Shown here: one piece after another, positions 49,001 through 61,000 of the stretch
How the letters are laid out: each line of letters begins with the position of its first letter
Position numbering within the stretch: the first letter of the stretch is position 1
Assembly: GCA_964016885.1 (NCBI GenBank)
Contig: OZ024741.1
Coordinates: 102,362,001-102,426,000, forward strand
Source: Eledone cirrhosa
Lineage: Eukaryota
Direction of reading: 5' to 3'
Length of the DNA: 64,000 bases
Made by a program: the position numbers and the translations under genes
The notes under the pieces: generated by a model
What the model saw: only the letters and a program-made list of their open reading frames with translations
Database searches by the model: none
What the model was told of the DNA's origin: nothing

Positions 49001-52000
49001 ATGACAGAAGACATTACTGACTGAGATGGCTGGTCACAGAAGGCCAGTGTATAGTGAGGTGGGAGTTATGACAGAAGACATTACTGACTGAGATGGCTGG
49101 TCACAGAAGGCCAGTGTATAGTGAGGTGGGAGGAGTTATGACAGAAGACATTACTGACTGAGATGGCTGATCACAGAAGGCCAGTGTATAGTGAGGTGGG
49201 AGTTATGACAGAAGACATTACTGACTGCGACGGCTGATCACAGAAGGCCAGTGTATAGTGAGGTGGGAGTTATGACAGAAGACATTACTGACTGAGATGG
49301 CTGATCACAGAAGGCCAGTGTATAGTGAGGTGGGAGTTATGACAGAAGACATTACCGACTGAGATGGCTGATCACAGAAGGCCAGTGTATAGTGAGGTGG
49401 GAGTTATGACAGAAGACATTACTGACTGAGATGGCTGGTCACAGAAGGCCAGTGTATAGTGAGGTGGGAGTTATGACAGAAGACATTACTGACTGAGATG
49501 GCTGGCCACAGAAGGCCAGTGTATAGTGAGGTGGGAGTTACGACAGAAGACATTACTGATTGAGATGGCTGGCCACAGAAGGCCAGTGTATAGTGAGGTG
49601 GGAGTTATGACAGAAGACATTACTGACTGCGACGGCTGATCACAGGAGACCAGTGTATAGTGAGGTGGGAGTTATGACAGAAGACATTACTGACTGAGAT
49701 GGCTGGTCACAGGGGGAACAGTGTAGAGTGAGATAGTAGTTATGACAGAAGATATTACTGACTGAGATGGCTGGTCACAGGAGACCAGTGTATAGTGAGG
49801 TGGGAGTTATGACAAGACATTACTGACTTAGATGGCTGGTCACAGAAGGCCAGTGTATAGTGAGGTGGGAGTTATGACAGAAGACATTACCGACTGAGAT
49901 GGCTGGTCACAGAAGGCCAGTGTATAATGAGGTGGGAGCTATGACAGAAGACATTACTGACTGAGATGGCTGGTCACAGGAGACCAGTGTATAGTGAGGT
50001 GGGAGTTATGACAGAAGATGTTACTGACTCAGATGGCTGGTCACAGAAGGCCAGTGTATACTGAAGTGGTAGTTATGACAGAAGACATTACTGACTCAGA
50101 TGGCTGGTCACAGAAGGCCAGTGTATACTGAAGTGGTAGTTATGACAGAAGACATTACTGACTGAGATGGCTGGTCACAGAAGGCCAGTGTATAGTGAGG
50201 TGGAAGGAGTTATGACAGAAGACATTACTGACTGAGATGGCAGGTCACAGAAGGCCAGTGTATACTGAAGTGGTAGTTATGACAGAAGACATTACTGACT
50301 AAGATGGCTGGTCACAGAAGACCAGTGTATAGAGAGGTGGGAGTTATGACAGAAGACATTACTGATCGAGATGGCTGGTCACAGAAGGCCAATGTATAGT
50401 GAGGTGGGAGATATGACAGAAGACATTACTGACTAAGATGGCTGGTCACAGAAGGCCAGTGTAGAGTGAGATAGTAGTTATGACAGAAGACATTACTGAC
50501 TGAGATGGCTGATCACAGAAGGCCAGTGTATAGTGAGGTGGGAGTTATGACAGAAGACATTACTGACTGAGATGGCTGGTCACAGAAGGCCAGTGTATAG
50601 TGAGGTGGGAGTTATGACAGAAGACATTACTGACTGAGATGGCTGATCACAGGAGACCAGTGTATAGTGAGGTGGGAGTTATGACAGAAGACATTACTGA
50701 CTGAGATGGCTGGTCACAGAAGGCCAGTGTATAGTGAGATAGTAGTTATGACAGAAGACATTACTGACTAAGATGGTTGATCACAGAAGGCCAGTGTATA
50801 GTGAGCTGGGAGTTATGACAGAAGACATTACTGACTGAGATGGCTGATCACAGAAGGCCAGTGTATAGTGAGGTGGGAGCTATGACAGAAGACATTACTG
50901 ACTGAGATGGCTGGTCACAGAAGGCCAGTGTATAGTGAGGTGGGAGTTATGACAGAAGACATTACTGACTGAGATGGCTGGTCACAGAAGGCCAGTGTAT
51001 AGTGAGGTGGGAGTTATGACAGAAGACATTACTGACTGAGATGGCTGGTCACAGAAGGCCAGTGTATAGTGAGGTGAGAGTTATGACAGAAGACATTACT
51101 GACTGAGATGGCTGGTCACAGAAGGCCAGTGTATACTGAAGTGGTAGTTATGACAGAAGACATTACTGACTGAGATGGCTGGTCTCAGAAGGCCAGTGTA
51201 TAGTGAGGAGGGAGTTATGACAGAAGACATTACTGACTGAGATGGCTGGTCACAGGAGACCAGTGTATAGTGAGGTGGGAGGAGTTATGACATAAGACAT
51301 TAATGACTGAGATGGCTGGTCAAAGAAGGCCAGTGTATACTGAAGTGGTAGTTATGACAGAAGACATTACTGACTGAGATGGCTTGTCACAGAAGACCAG
51401 TGTATAGAGAGGTGGGAGTTATGACAGAAGACATTACTGACTGAGATGGCTGGTCACAGAAGGCCAGTGTATAGTGAGGTGGGAGTTATGACAGAAGACA
51501 TTACTGACTGAGATGGCTGGTCACAGAAGGCCAGTGTATAGTGAGGTGGGAGTTATGACAGAAGACATTACTGACTGAGATGGCTGGTCACAGAAGGCCA
51601 GTGTATACTGAAGTGGTAGTTATGACAGAAGACATTACTGACTGAGATGGCTGGTCTCAGAAGGCCAGTGTATAGTGAGATGGGAGTTATGACAGAAGAC
51701 ATTACTGACTGAGATGGCTGGTCACAGGAGACCAGTGTATAGTGAGGTGGGAGTTATGACAGAAGACATTACTGACTGAGATGGCTGGTCACAGAAGGCC
51801 AGTGTATAGTGAGGTGGGAGTTATGACAGAAGACATTACTGACTGAGATGGCTGGTCACAGAAGGCCAGTGTATACTGAAGTGGTAGTTATGACAGAAGA
51901 CATTACTGACTGAGATGGCTGGTCTCAGAAGGCCAGTGTATAGTGAGGTGGGAGTTATGACAGAAGACATTACTGACTGAGATGGCTGGTCACAGAAGGC

Positions 52001-55000
52001 CAGTGTATACTGAAGTGGTAGTTATGACAGAAGACATTACTGACTGAGATGGCTGGTCTCAGAAGGCCAGTGTATAGTGAGGTGGGAGTTATGACAGAAG
52101 ACATTACTGACTGAGATGGCTGGTCACAGGAGACCAGTATATAGTGAGGTGGGAGGAGTTATGACAGAAGACATTAATGACTGAGATGGCTGGTCAAAGA
52201 AGGCCAGTGTATACTGAAGTGGTAGTTATGACAGAAGACATTACTGACTGAGATGGCTGGTCACAGAAGGCCAGTGTATAGTGAGGTGGGAGTTATGACA
52301 GAAGACATTACTGACTGAGATGGCTGATCACAGGAGACCAGTGTATAGTGAGGTGGGAGTTATGACAGAAGACATTACTGACAGAGATGGCTGGTCACAG
52401 AAGGCCAGTGTATAGTGAGATAGTAGTTATGACAGAAGACATTACTGACTAAGATGGTTGATCACAGAAGGCTAGTGTATAGTGAGCTGGGAGTTATGAC
52501 AGAAGACATTACTGACTGAGATGGCTGGTCACAGAAGGCCAGTTTATAGTGAGGTGGGAGTTATGACAGAAGACATTACTGACTGAGATGGCTGATCACA
52601 GAAGGCCAATGTATAGTGAGGTGGGAGTTATGACAGAAGACATTACTGACTGAGATGGCTGGTCACAGAAGGCCAGTGTATAGTGAAATGGGAGTTATGA
52701 CAGAAGACATTACTGACTGAGATGGCTGGTTACAGAAGGCCAGTATATAGTGAGGTGGGAGTTATGACAGAAGACATTACTGACTGAGATGGCTGGTCAC
52801 AGAAGGCCAGTGTATAGTGAGGAGGGAGTTATGACAGAAGACATTACTGACTGAGATGGCTGGTCACAGAAGGCCAGTGTATAGTGAGGTGGGAGTTATG
52901 ACAGAAAACATTACTGACTCAGATGGCTGGTCACAGAAGGCCAGTGTATACTGAAGTGGTAGTTATGACAGAAGACATTACTGACTGAGATGGCTGGTCA
53001 CAGAAGGCCAGTGTATAGTGAGGTGGAAGGAGTTATGACAGAAGACATTACTGACTGAGATGGCAGGTCACAGAAGGCCAGTGTATACTGAAGTGGTAGT
53101 TATGACAGAAGACATTACTGACTAAGATGGCTGGTCACAGAAGACCAGTGTATAGAGAGGTGGGAGTTATGACAGAAGACATTACTGACTGAGATGGCTG
53201 GTCACAGAAGGCCAGTGTATAGTGAGGTGGGAGTTATGACAGAAGACATTACTGACTGAGATGGCTGTTCACAGAAGGCCAGTGTATAATGAGGTGGGAG
53301 TTATGACAGAAGACATTACTGACCGAGATGGCTGGTCACAGAAGGCCAATGTATAGTGAGGTGGGAGATATGACAGAAGACATTACTGACTAAGATGGCT
53401 GGTCACAGGGGGACAGTGTAGAGTGAGATAGTAGTTATGACAGAAGACATTACTGACTGAGACGGCTGATCACAGAAGGCCAGTGTATAGTGAGGTGGGA
53501 GTTATGACAGAAGACATTACTGACTGAGATGACTGGTCACAGGGGGCCAGTGTACAGTGAGCTAGTAGTTATGACAGAAGACATTACTGACTGAGATGGC
53601 TGGTCACAGAAGGCCACTGTATAGTGTGGTGGGAGTTATGACAGAAGACATTACTGACTGAGATGGCTGGTGACAGAAGGCCAGTGTATAGTGAGGTGGG
53701 AGTTATGACAGAAGACATTACTGACTGAGATGGCTGATCACAGAAGGCCAGTGTATAGTGAGCTGGGAGTTATGACAGAAGACATTACTGACTGAGATGG
53801 CTGGTCACAGAAGGCCAGTGTATAGTGAGATAGTAGTTATGACAGAAGACATTACTGACTAAGATGGTTGATCACAGAAGGCCAGTGTATAGTAAGCTGG
53901 GAGTTATGACAGAAGACATTATTGACTGAGATGGCTGATCACAGAAGGCCAGTGTATAGTGAGGTGGGAGTTATGACAGAAGACATTACTGACTGAGATG
54001 GCTGGTCACAGGAGACCAGTGTATAGTGAGGTGGGAGGAGTTATGACAGAAGACATTAATGACTGAGATGGCTGGTCAAAGAAGGCCAGTGTATACTGAA
54101 GTGGTAGTTATGACAGAAGACATTACTGACTGAGATGGCTGGTCACAGAAGGCCAGTGTATAGTGAGGTGGGAGTTATGACAGAAGACATTACTGACTGA
54201 GATGGGTGATCACAGGAGACCAGTGTATAGTGAGGTGCGAGTTATGACAGAAGACATTACTGACAGAGATGGCTGGTCACAGAAGGCCAGTGTATAGTGA
54301 GATAGTAGTTATGACAGAAGACATTACTGACTAAGATGGTTGATCACAGAAGGCTAGTGTATAGTGAGCTGGGAGTTATGACAGAAGACATTACTGACTG
54401 AGATGGCTGGTCACAGAAGGCCAGTTTATAGTGAGGTGGGAGTTATGACAGAAGACATTACTGACTGAGATGGCTGATCACAGAAGGCCAATGTATAGTG
54501 AGGTGGGAGTTATGACAGAAGACATTACTGACTGAGATGGCTGATCACAGGAGACCAGTGTATAGTGAGGTGGGAGTTATGACAGAAGACATTACTGACT
54601 GAGATGGCTGGTCACAGAAGGCCAGTGTATAGTGAGATAGTAGTTATGACAGAAGACATTACTGACTAAGATGGTTGATCACAGAAGGCCAGTGTATAGT
54701 GAGCTGGGAGTTATGACAAGACATTACTGACTGAGATGGCTGATCACAGAAGGCCAGTGTATAGTGAGGTGGGAGCTATGACAGAAGACATTACTGACTG
54801 AGATGGCTGGTCACAGAAGGCCAGTGTATAGTGAGGTGGGAGTTATGACAGAAGACATTACTGACTGAGATGGCTGGTCACAGAAGGCCAGTGTATAGTG
54901 AGGTGGGAGTTATGACAGAAGACATTACTGACTGAGATGGCTGGTCACAGAAGGCCAGTGTATAGTGAGGTGAGAGTTATGACAGAAGACATTACTGACT

Positions 55001-58000
55001 GAGATGGCTGGTCACAGAAGGCCAGTGTATACTGAAGTGGTAGTTATGACAGAAGACATTACTGACTGAGATGGCTGGTCTCAGAAGGCCAGTGTATAGT
55101 GAGGAGAGAGTTATGACAGAAGACATTACTGACTGAGATGGCTGGTCACAGGAGACCAGTGTATAGTGAGGTGGGAGGAGTTATGACATAAGACATTAAT
55201 GACTGAGATGGCTGGTCAAAGAAGGCCAGTGTATACTGAAGTGGTAGTTATGACAGAAGACATTACTGACTGAGATGGCTTGTCACAGAAGACCAGTGTA
55301 TAGAGAGGTGGGAGTTATGACAGAAGACATTACTTACTGAGATGGCTGGTCACAGAAGGCCAGTGTATAGTGAGGTGGGAGTTATGACAGAAGACATTAC
55401 TGACTGAGATGGCTGGTCACAGAAGGCCAGTATATAGTGAGGTGGGAGTTATGACAGAAGACATTACTGACTGAGATGGCTGGTCACAGAAGGCCAGTGT
55501 ATAGTGAAGTGGTAGTTATGACAGAAGACATTACTGACTGAGATGGCTGGTCACAGAAGGCCAGTGTATAGTGAGGTGGGAGTTATGACAGAAGACATTA
55601 CTGACTGAGATGGCTGGTCACAGAAGGCCAGTGTATAGTGAGGTGGGAGTTATGACAGAAGACATTACTGACTGAGATGGCTGGTCACAGAAGGCCAGTG
55701 TATACTGAAGTGGTAGTTATGACAGAAGACATTACTGACTGAGATGGCTGGTCTCAGAAGGCCAGTGTATAGTGAGATGGGAGTTATGACAGAAGACATT
55801 ACTGACTGAGATGGCTGGTCACAGGAGACCAGTGTATAGTGAGGTGGGAGTTATGACAGAAGACATTACTGACTGAGATGGCTGGTCACAGAAGGCCAGT
55901 GTATAGTGAGGTGGGAGTTATGACAGAAGACATTACTGACTGAGATGGCTGGTCACAGAAGGCCAGTGTATACTGAAGTGGTAGTTATGACAGAAGACAT
56001 TACTGACTGAGATGGCTGGTCACAGAAGGCCAGTGTATACTGAAGTGGTAGTTATGACAGAAGACATTACTGACTGAGATGGCTGGTCTCAGAAGGCCAG
56101 TGTATAGTGAGGTGGGAGTTATGACAGAAGACATTACTGACTGAGATGGCTGGTCACAGGAGACCAGTGTATAGTGAGGTGGGAGGAGTTATGACAGAAG
56201 ACATTAATGACTGAGATGGCTGGTCAAAGAAGGCCAGTGTATACTGAAGTGGTAGTTATGACAGAAGACATTACTGACTGAGATGGCTGGTCACAGAAGG
56301 CCAGTGTATAGTGAGGTGGGAGTTATGACAGAAGACATTACTGACTGAGATGGCTGATCACAGGAGACCAGTGTATAGTGAGGTGGGAGTTATGACAGAA
56401 GACATTACTGACAGAGATGGCTGGTCACAGAAGGCCAGTGTATAGTGAGATAGTAGTTATGACAGAAGACATTACTGACTAAGATGGTTGATCACAGAAG
56501 GCTAGTGTATAGTGAGCTGGGAGTTATGACAGAAGACATTACTGACTGAGATGGCTGGTCACAGAAGGCCAGTTTATAGTGAGGTGGGAGTTATGACAGA
56601 AGACATTACTGACTGAGATGGCTGATCACAGAAGGCCAATGTATAGTGAGGTGGGAGTTATGACAGAAGACATTACTGACTGAGATGGCTGGTCACAGAA
56701 GGCCAGTGTATAGTGAAATGGGAGTTATGACAGAAGACATTACTGACTGAGATGGCTGGTTACAGAAGGCCAGTGTATAGTGAGGTGGGAGTTATGACAG
56801 AAGACATTACTGACTGAGATGGCTGGTCACAGAAGGCCAGTGTATAGTGAGGAGGGAGTTATGACAGAAGACATTACTGACTGAGATGGCTGGTCACAGA
56901 AGGCCAGTGTATAGTGAGGTGGGAGTTATGACAGAAAACATTACTGACTCAGATGGCTGGTCACAGAAGGCCAGTGTATACTGAAGTGGTAGTTATGACA
57001 GAAGACATTACTGACTGAGATGGCTGGTCACAGAAGGCCAGTGTATAGTGAGGTGGAAGGAGTTATGACAGAAGACATTACTGACTGAGATGGCAGGTCA
57101 CAGAAGGCCAGTGTATACTGAAGTGGTAGTTATGACAGAAGACATTACTGACTAAGATGGCTGGTCACAGAAGACCAGTGTATAGAGAGGTGGGAGTTAT
57201 GACAGAAGACATTACTGACTGAGATGGCTGGTCACAGAAGGCCAGTGTATAGTGAGGTGGGAGTTATGACAGAAGACATTACTGACTGAGATGGCTGTTC
57301 ACAGAAGGCCAGTGTATAATGAGGTGGGAGTTATGACAGAAGACATTACTGACCGAGATGGCTGGTCACAGAAGGCCAATGTATAGTGAGGTGGGAGATA
57401 TGACAGAAGACATTACTGACTAAGATGGCTGGTCACAGGGGGACAGTGTAGAGTGAGATAGTAGTTATGACAGAAGACATTACTGACTGAGACGGCTGAT
57501 CACAGAAGGCCAGTGTATAGTGAGGTGGGAGTTATGACAGAAGACATTACTGACTGAGATGACTGGTCACAGGGGGCCAGTGTACAGTGAGATAGTAGTT
57601 ATGACAGAAGACATTACTGACTGAGATGGCTGGTCACAGAAGGCCACTGTATAGTGTGGTGGGAGTTATGACAGAAGACATTACTGACTGAGATGGCTGG
57701 TGACAGAAGGCCAGTGTATAGTGAGGTGGGAGTTATGACAGAAGACATTACTGACTGAGATGGCTGATCACAGAAGGCCATTGTATAGTGAGCTGGGAGT
57801 TATGACAGAAGACATTACTGACTGAGATGGCTGGTCACAGAAGGCCAGTGTATAGTGAGATAGTAGTTATGACAGAAGACATTACTGACTAAGATGGTTG
57901 ATCACAGAAGGCCAGTGTATAGTAAGCTGGGAGTTATGACAGAAGACATTACTGACTGAGATGGCTGATCACAGAAGGCCAGTGTATAGTGAGGTGGGAG

Positions 58001-61000
58001 TTATGACAGAAGACATTACTGACTGAGATGGCTGGTCACAGGAGACCAGTGTATAGTGAGGTGGGAGGAGTTATGACAGAAGACATTAATGACTGAGATG
58101 GCTGGTCAAAGAAGGCCAGTGTATACTGAAGTGGTAGTTATGACAGAAGACATTACTGACTGAGATGGCTGGTCACAGAAGGCCAGTGTATAGTGAGGTG
58201 GGAGTTATGACAGAAGACATTACTGACTGAGATGGCTGATCACAGGAGACCAGTGTATAGTGAGGTGGGAGTTATGACAGAAGACATTACTGACAGAGAT
58301 GGCTGGTCACAGAAGGCCAGTGTATAGTGAGATAGTAGTTATGACAGAAGACATTACTGACTAAGATGGTTGATCACAGAAGGCTAGTGTATAGTGAGCT
58401 GGGAGTTATGACAGAAGACATTACTGACTGAGATGGCTGGTCACAGAAGGCCAGTTTATAGTGAGGTGGGAGTTATGACAGAAGACATTACTGACTGAGA
58501 TGGCTGATCACAGAAGGCCAATGTATAGTGAGGTGGGAGTTATGACAGAAGACATTACTGACTGAGATGGCTGGTCACAGAAGGCCAGTGTATAGTGAAA
58601 TGGGAGTTATGACAGAAGACATTACTGACTGAGATGGCTGGTTACAGAAGGCCAGTGTATAGTGAGGTGGGAGTTATGACAGAAGACATTACTGACTGAG
58701 ATGGCTGGTCACAGAAGGCCAGTGTATAGTGAGGAGGGAGTTATGACAGAAGACATTACTGACTGAGATGGCTGGTCACAGAAGGCCAGTGTATAGTGAG
58801 GTGGGAGTTATGACAGAAGACATTACTGACTGAGATGCCTGGTCACAGAAGGCCAGTGTATACTGAAGTGGTAGTTATGACAGAAGACATTACTGACTGA
58901 GATGGCTGGTCTCAGAAGGCCAGTGTATAGTGAGGTGGGAGTTATGACAGAAGACATTACTGACTGAGATGGCTGGTCTCAGAAGGCCAGTGTATAGTGA
59001 GGTGGGAGTTATGACAGAAGACATTACTGACTGAGATGGCTGGTCACAGAAGGCCAGTGTATACTGAAGTGGTAGTTATGACAGAAGACATTACTGACTG
59101 AGATGGCTGGTCTCAGAAGGCCAGTGTATAGTGAGGTGGGAGTTATGACAGAAGACATTACTGACTGAGATGGCTGGTCACAGGAGACCAGTGTATAGTG
59201 AGGTGGGAGGAGTTATGACAGAAGACATTAATGACTGAGATGGCTGGTCAAAGAAGGCCAGTGTATACTGAAGTGGTAGTTATGACAGAAGACATTACTG
59301 ACTGAGATGGCTGGTCACAGAAGGCCAGTGTATAGTGAGGTGGGAGTTATGACAGAAGACATTACTGACTGAGATGGCTGATCACAGGAGACCAGTGTAT
59401 AGTGAGGTGGGAGTTATGACAGAAGACATTACTGACAGAGATGGCTGGTCACAGAAGGCCAGTGTATAGTGAGATAGTAGTTATGACAGAAGACATTACT
59501 GACTAAGATGGTTGATCACAGAAGGCTAGTGTATAGTGAGCTGGGAGTTATGACAGAAGACATTACTGACTGAGATGGCTGGTCACAGAAGGCCAGTTTA
59601 TAGTGAGGTGGGAGTTATGACAGAAGACATTACTGACTGAGATGGCTGATCACAGAAGGCCAATGTATAGTGAGGTGGGAGTTATGACAGAAGACATTAC
59701 TGACTGAGATGGCTGGTCACAGAAGGCCAGTGTATAGTGAAATGGGAGTTATGACAGAAGACATTACTGACTGAGATGGCTGGTTACAGAAGGCCAGTGT
59801 ATAGTGAGGTGGGAGTTATGACAGAAGACATTACTGACTGAGATGGCTGGTCACAGAAGGCCAGTGTATAGTGAGGAGGGAGTTATGACAGAAGACATTA
59901 CTGACTGAGATGGCTGGTCACAGAAGGCCAGTGTATAGTGAGGTGGAAGGAGTTATGACAGAAGACATTACTGACTGAGATGGCAGGTCACAGAAGGCCA
60001 GTGTATACTGAAGTGGTAGTTATGACAGAAGACATTACTGACTAAGATGGCTGGTCACAGAAGACCAGTGTATAGAGAGGTGGGAGTTATGACAGAAGAC
60101 ATTACTGACTGAGATGGCTGGTCACAGAAGGCCAGTGTATAGTGAGGTGGGAGTTATGACAGAAGACATTACTGACTGAGATGGCTGTTCACAGAAGGCC
60201 AGTGTATAATGAGGTGGGAGTTATGACAGAAGACATTACTGACCGAGATGGCCGGTCACAGAAGGCCAATGTATAGTGAGGTGGGAGATATGACAGAAGA
60301 CATTACTGACTAAGATGGCTGGTCACAGGGGGACAGTGTAGAGTGAGATAGTAGTTATGACAGAAGACATTACTGACTGAGACGGCTGATCACAGAAGGC
60401 CAGTGTATAGTGAGGTGGGAGTTATGACAGAAGACATTACTGACTGAGATGACTGGTCACAGGGGGCCAGTGTACAGTGAGATAGTAGTTATGACAGAAG
60501 ACATTACTGACTGAGATGGCTGGTCACAGAAGGCCACTGTATAGTGTGGTGGGAGTTATGACAGAAGACATTACTGACTGAGATGGCTGGTAACAGAAGG
60601 CCAGTGTATAGTGAGGTGGGAGTTATGACAGAAGACATTACTGACTGAGATGGCTGATCACAGAAGGCCAGTGTATAGTGAGCTGTGAGTTATGACAGAA
60701 GACATTACTGACTGAGATGGCTGGTCACAGAAGGCCAGTGTATAGTGAGATAGTAGTTATGACAGAAGACATTACTGACTAAGATGGTTAATCACAGAAG
60801 GCCAGTGTATAGTAAGCTGGGAGTTATGACAGAAGACATTACTGACTGAGATGGCTGATCACAGAAGGCCAGTGTATAGTGAGGTGGGAGTTATGACAGA
60901 AGACATTACTGACTGAGATGGCTGGTCACAGAAGGCCAGTGTATAGTGAGGAGGGAGTTATGACAGAAGACATTACTGACTGAGATGGCTGGTCACAGAA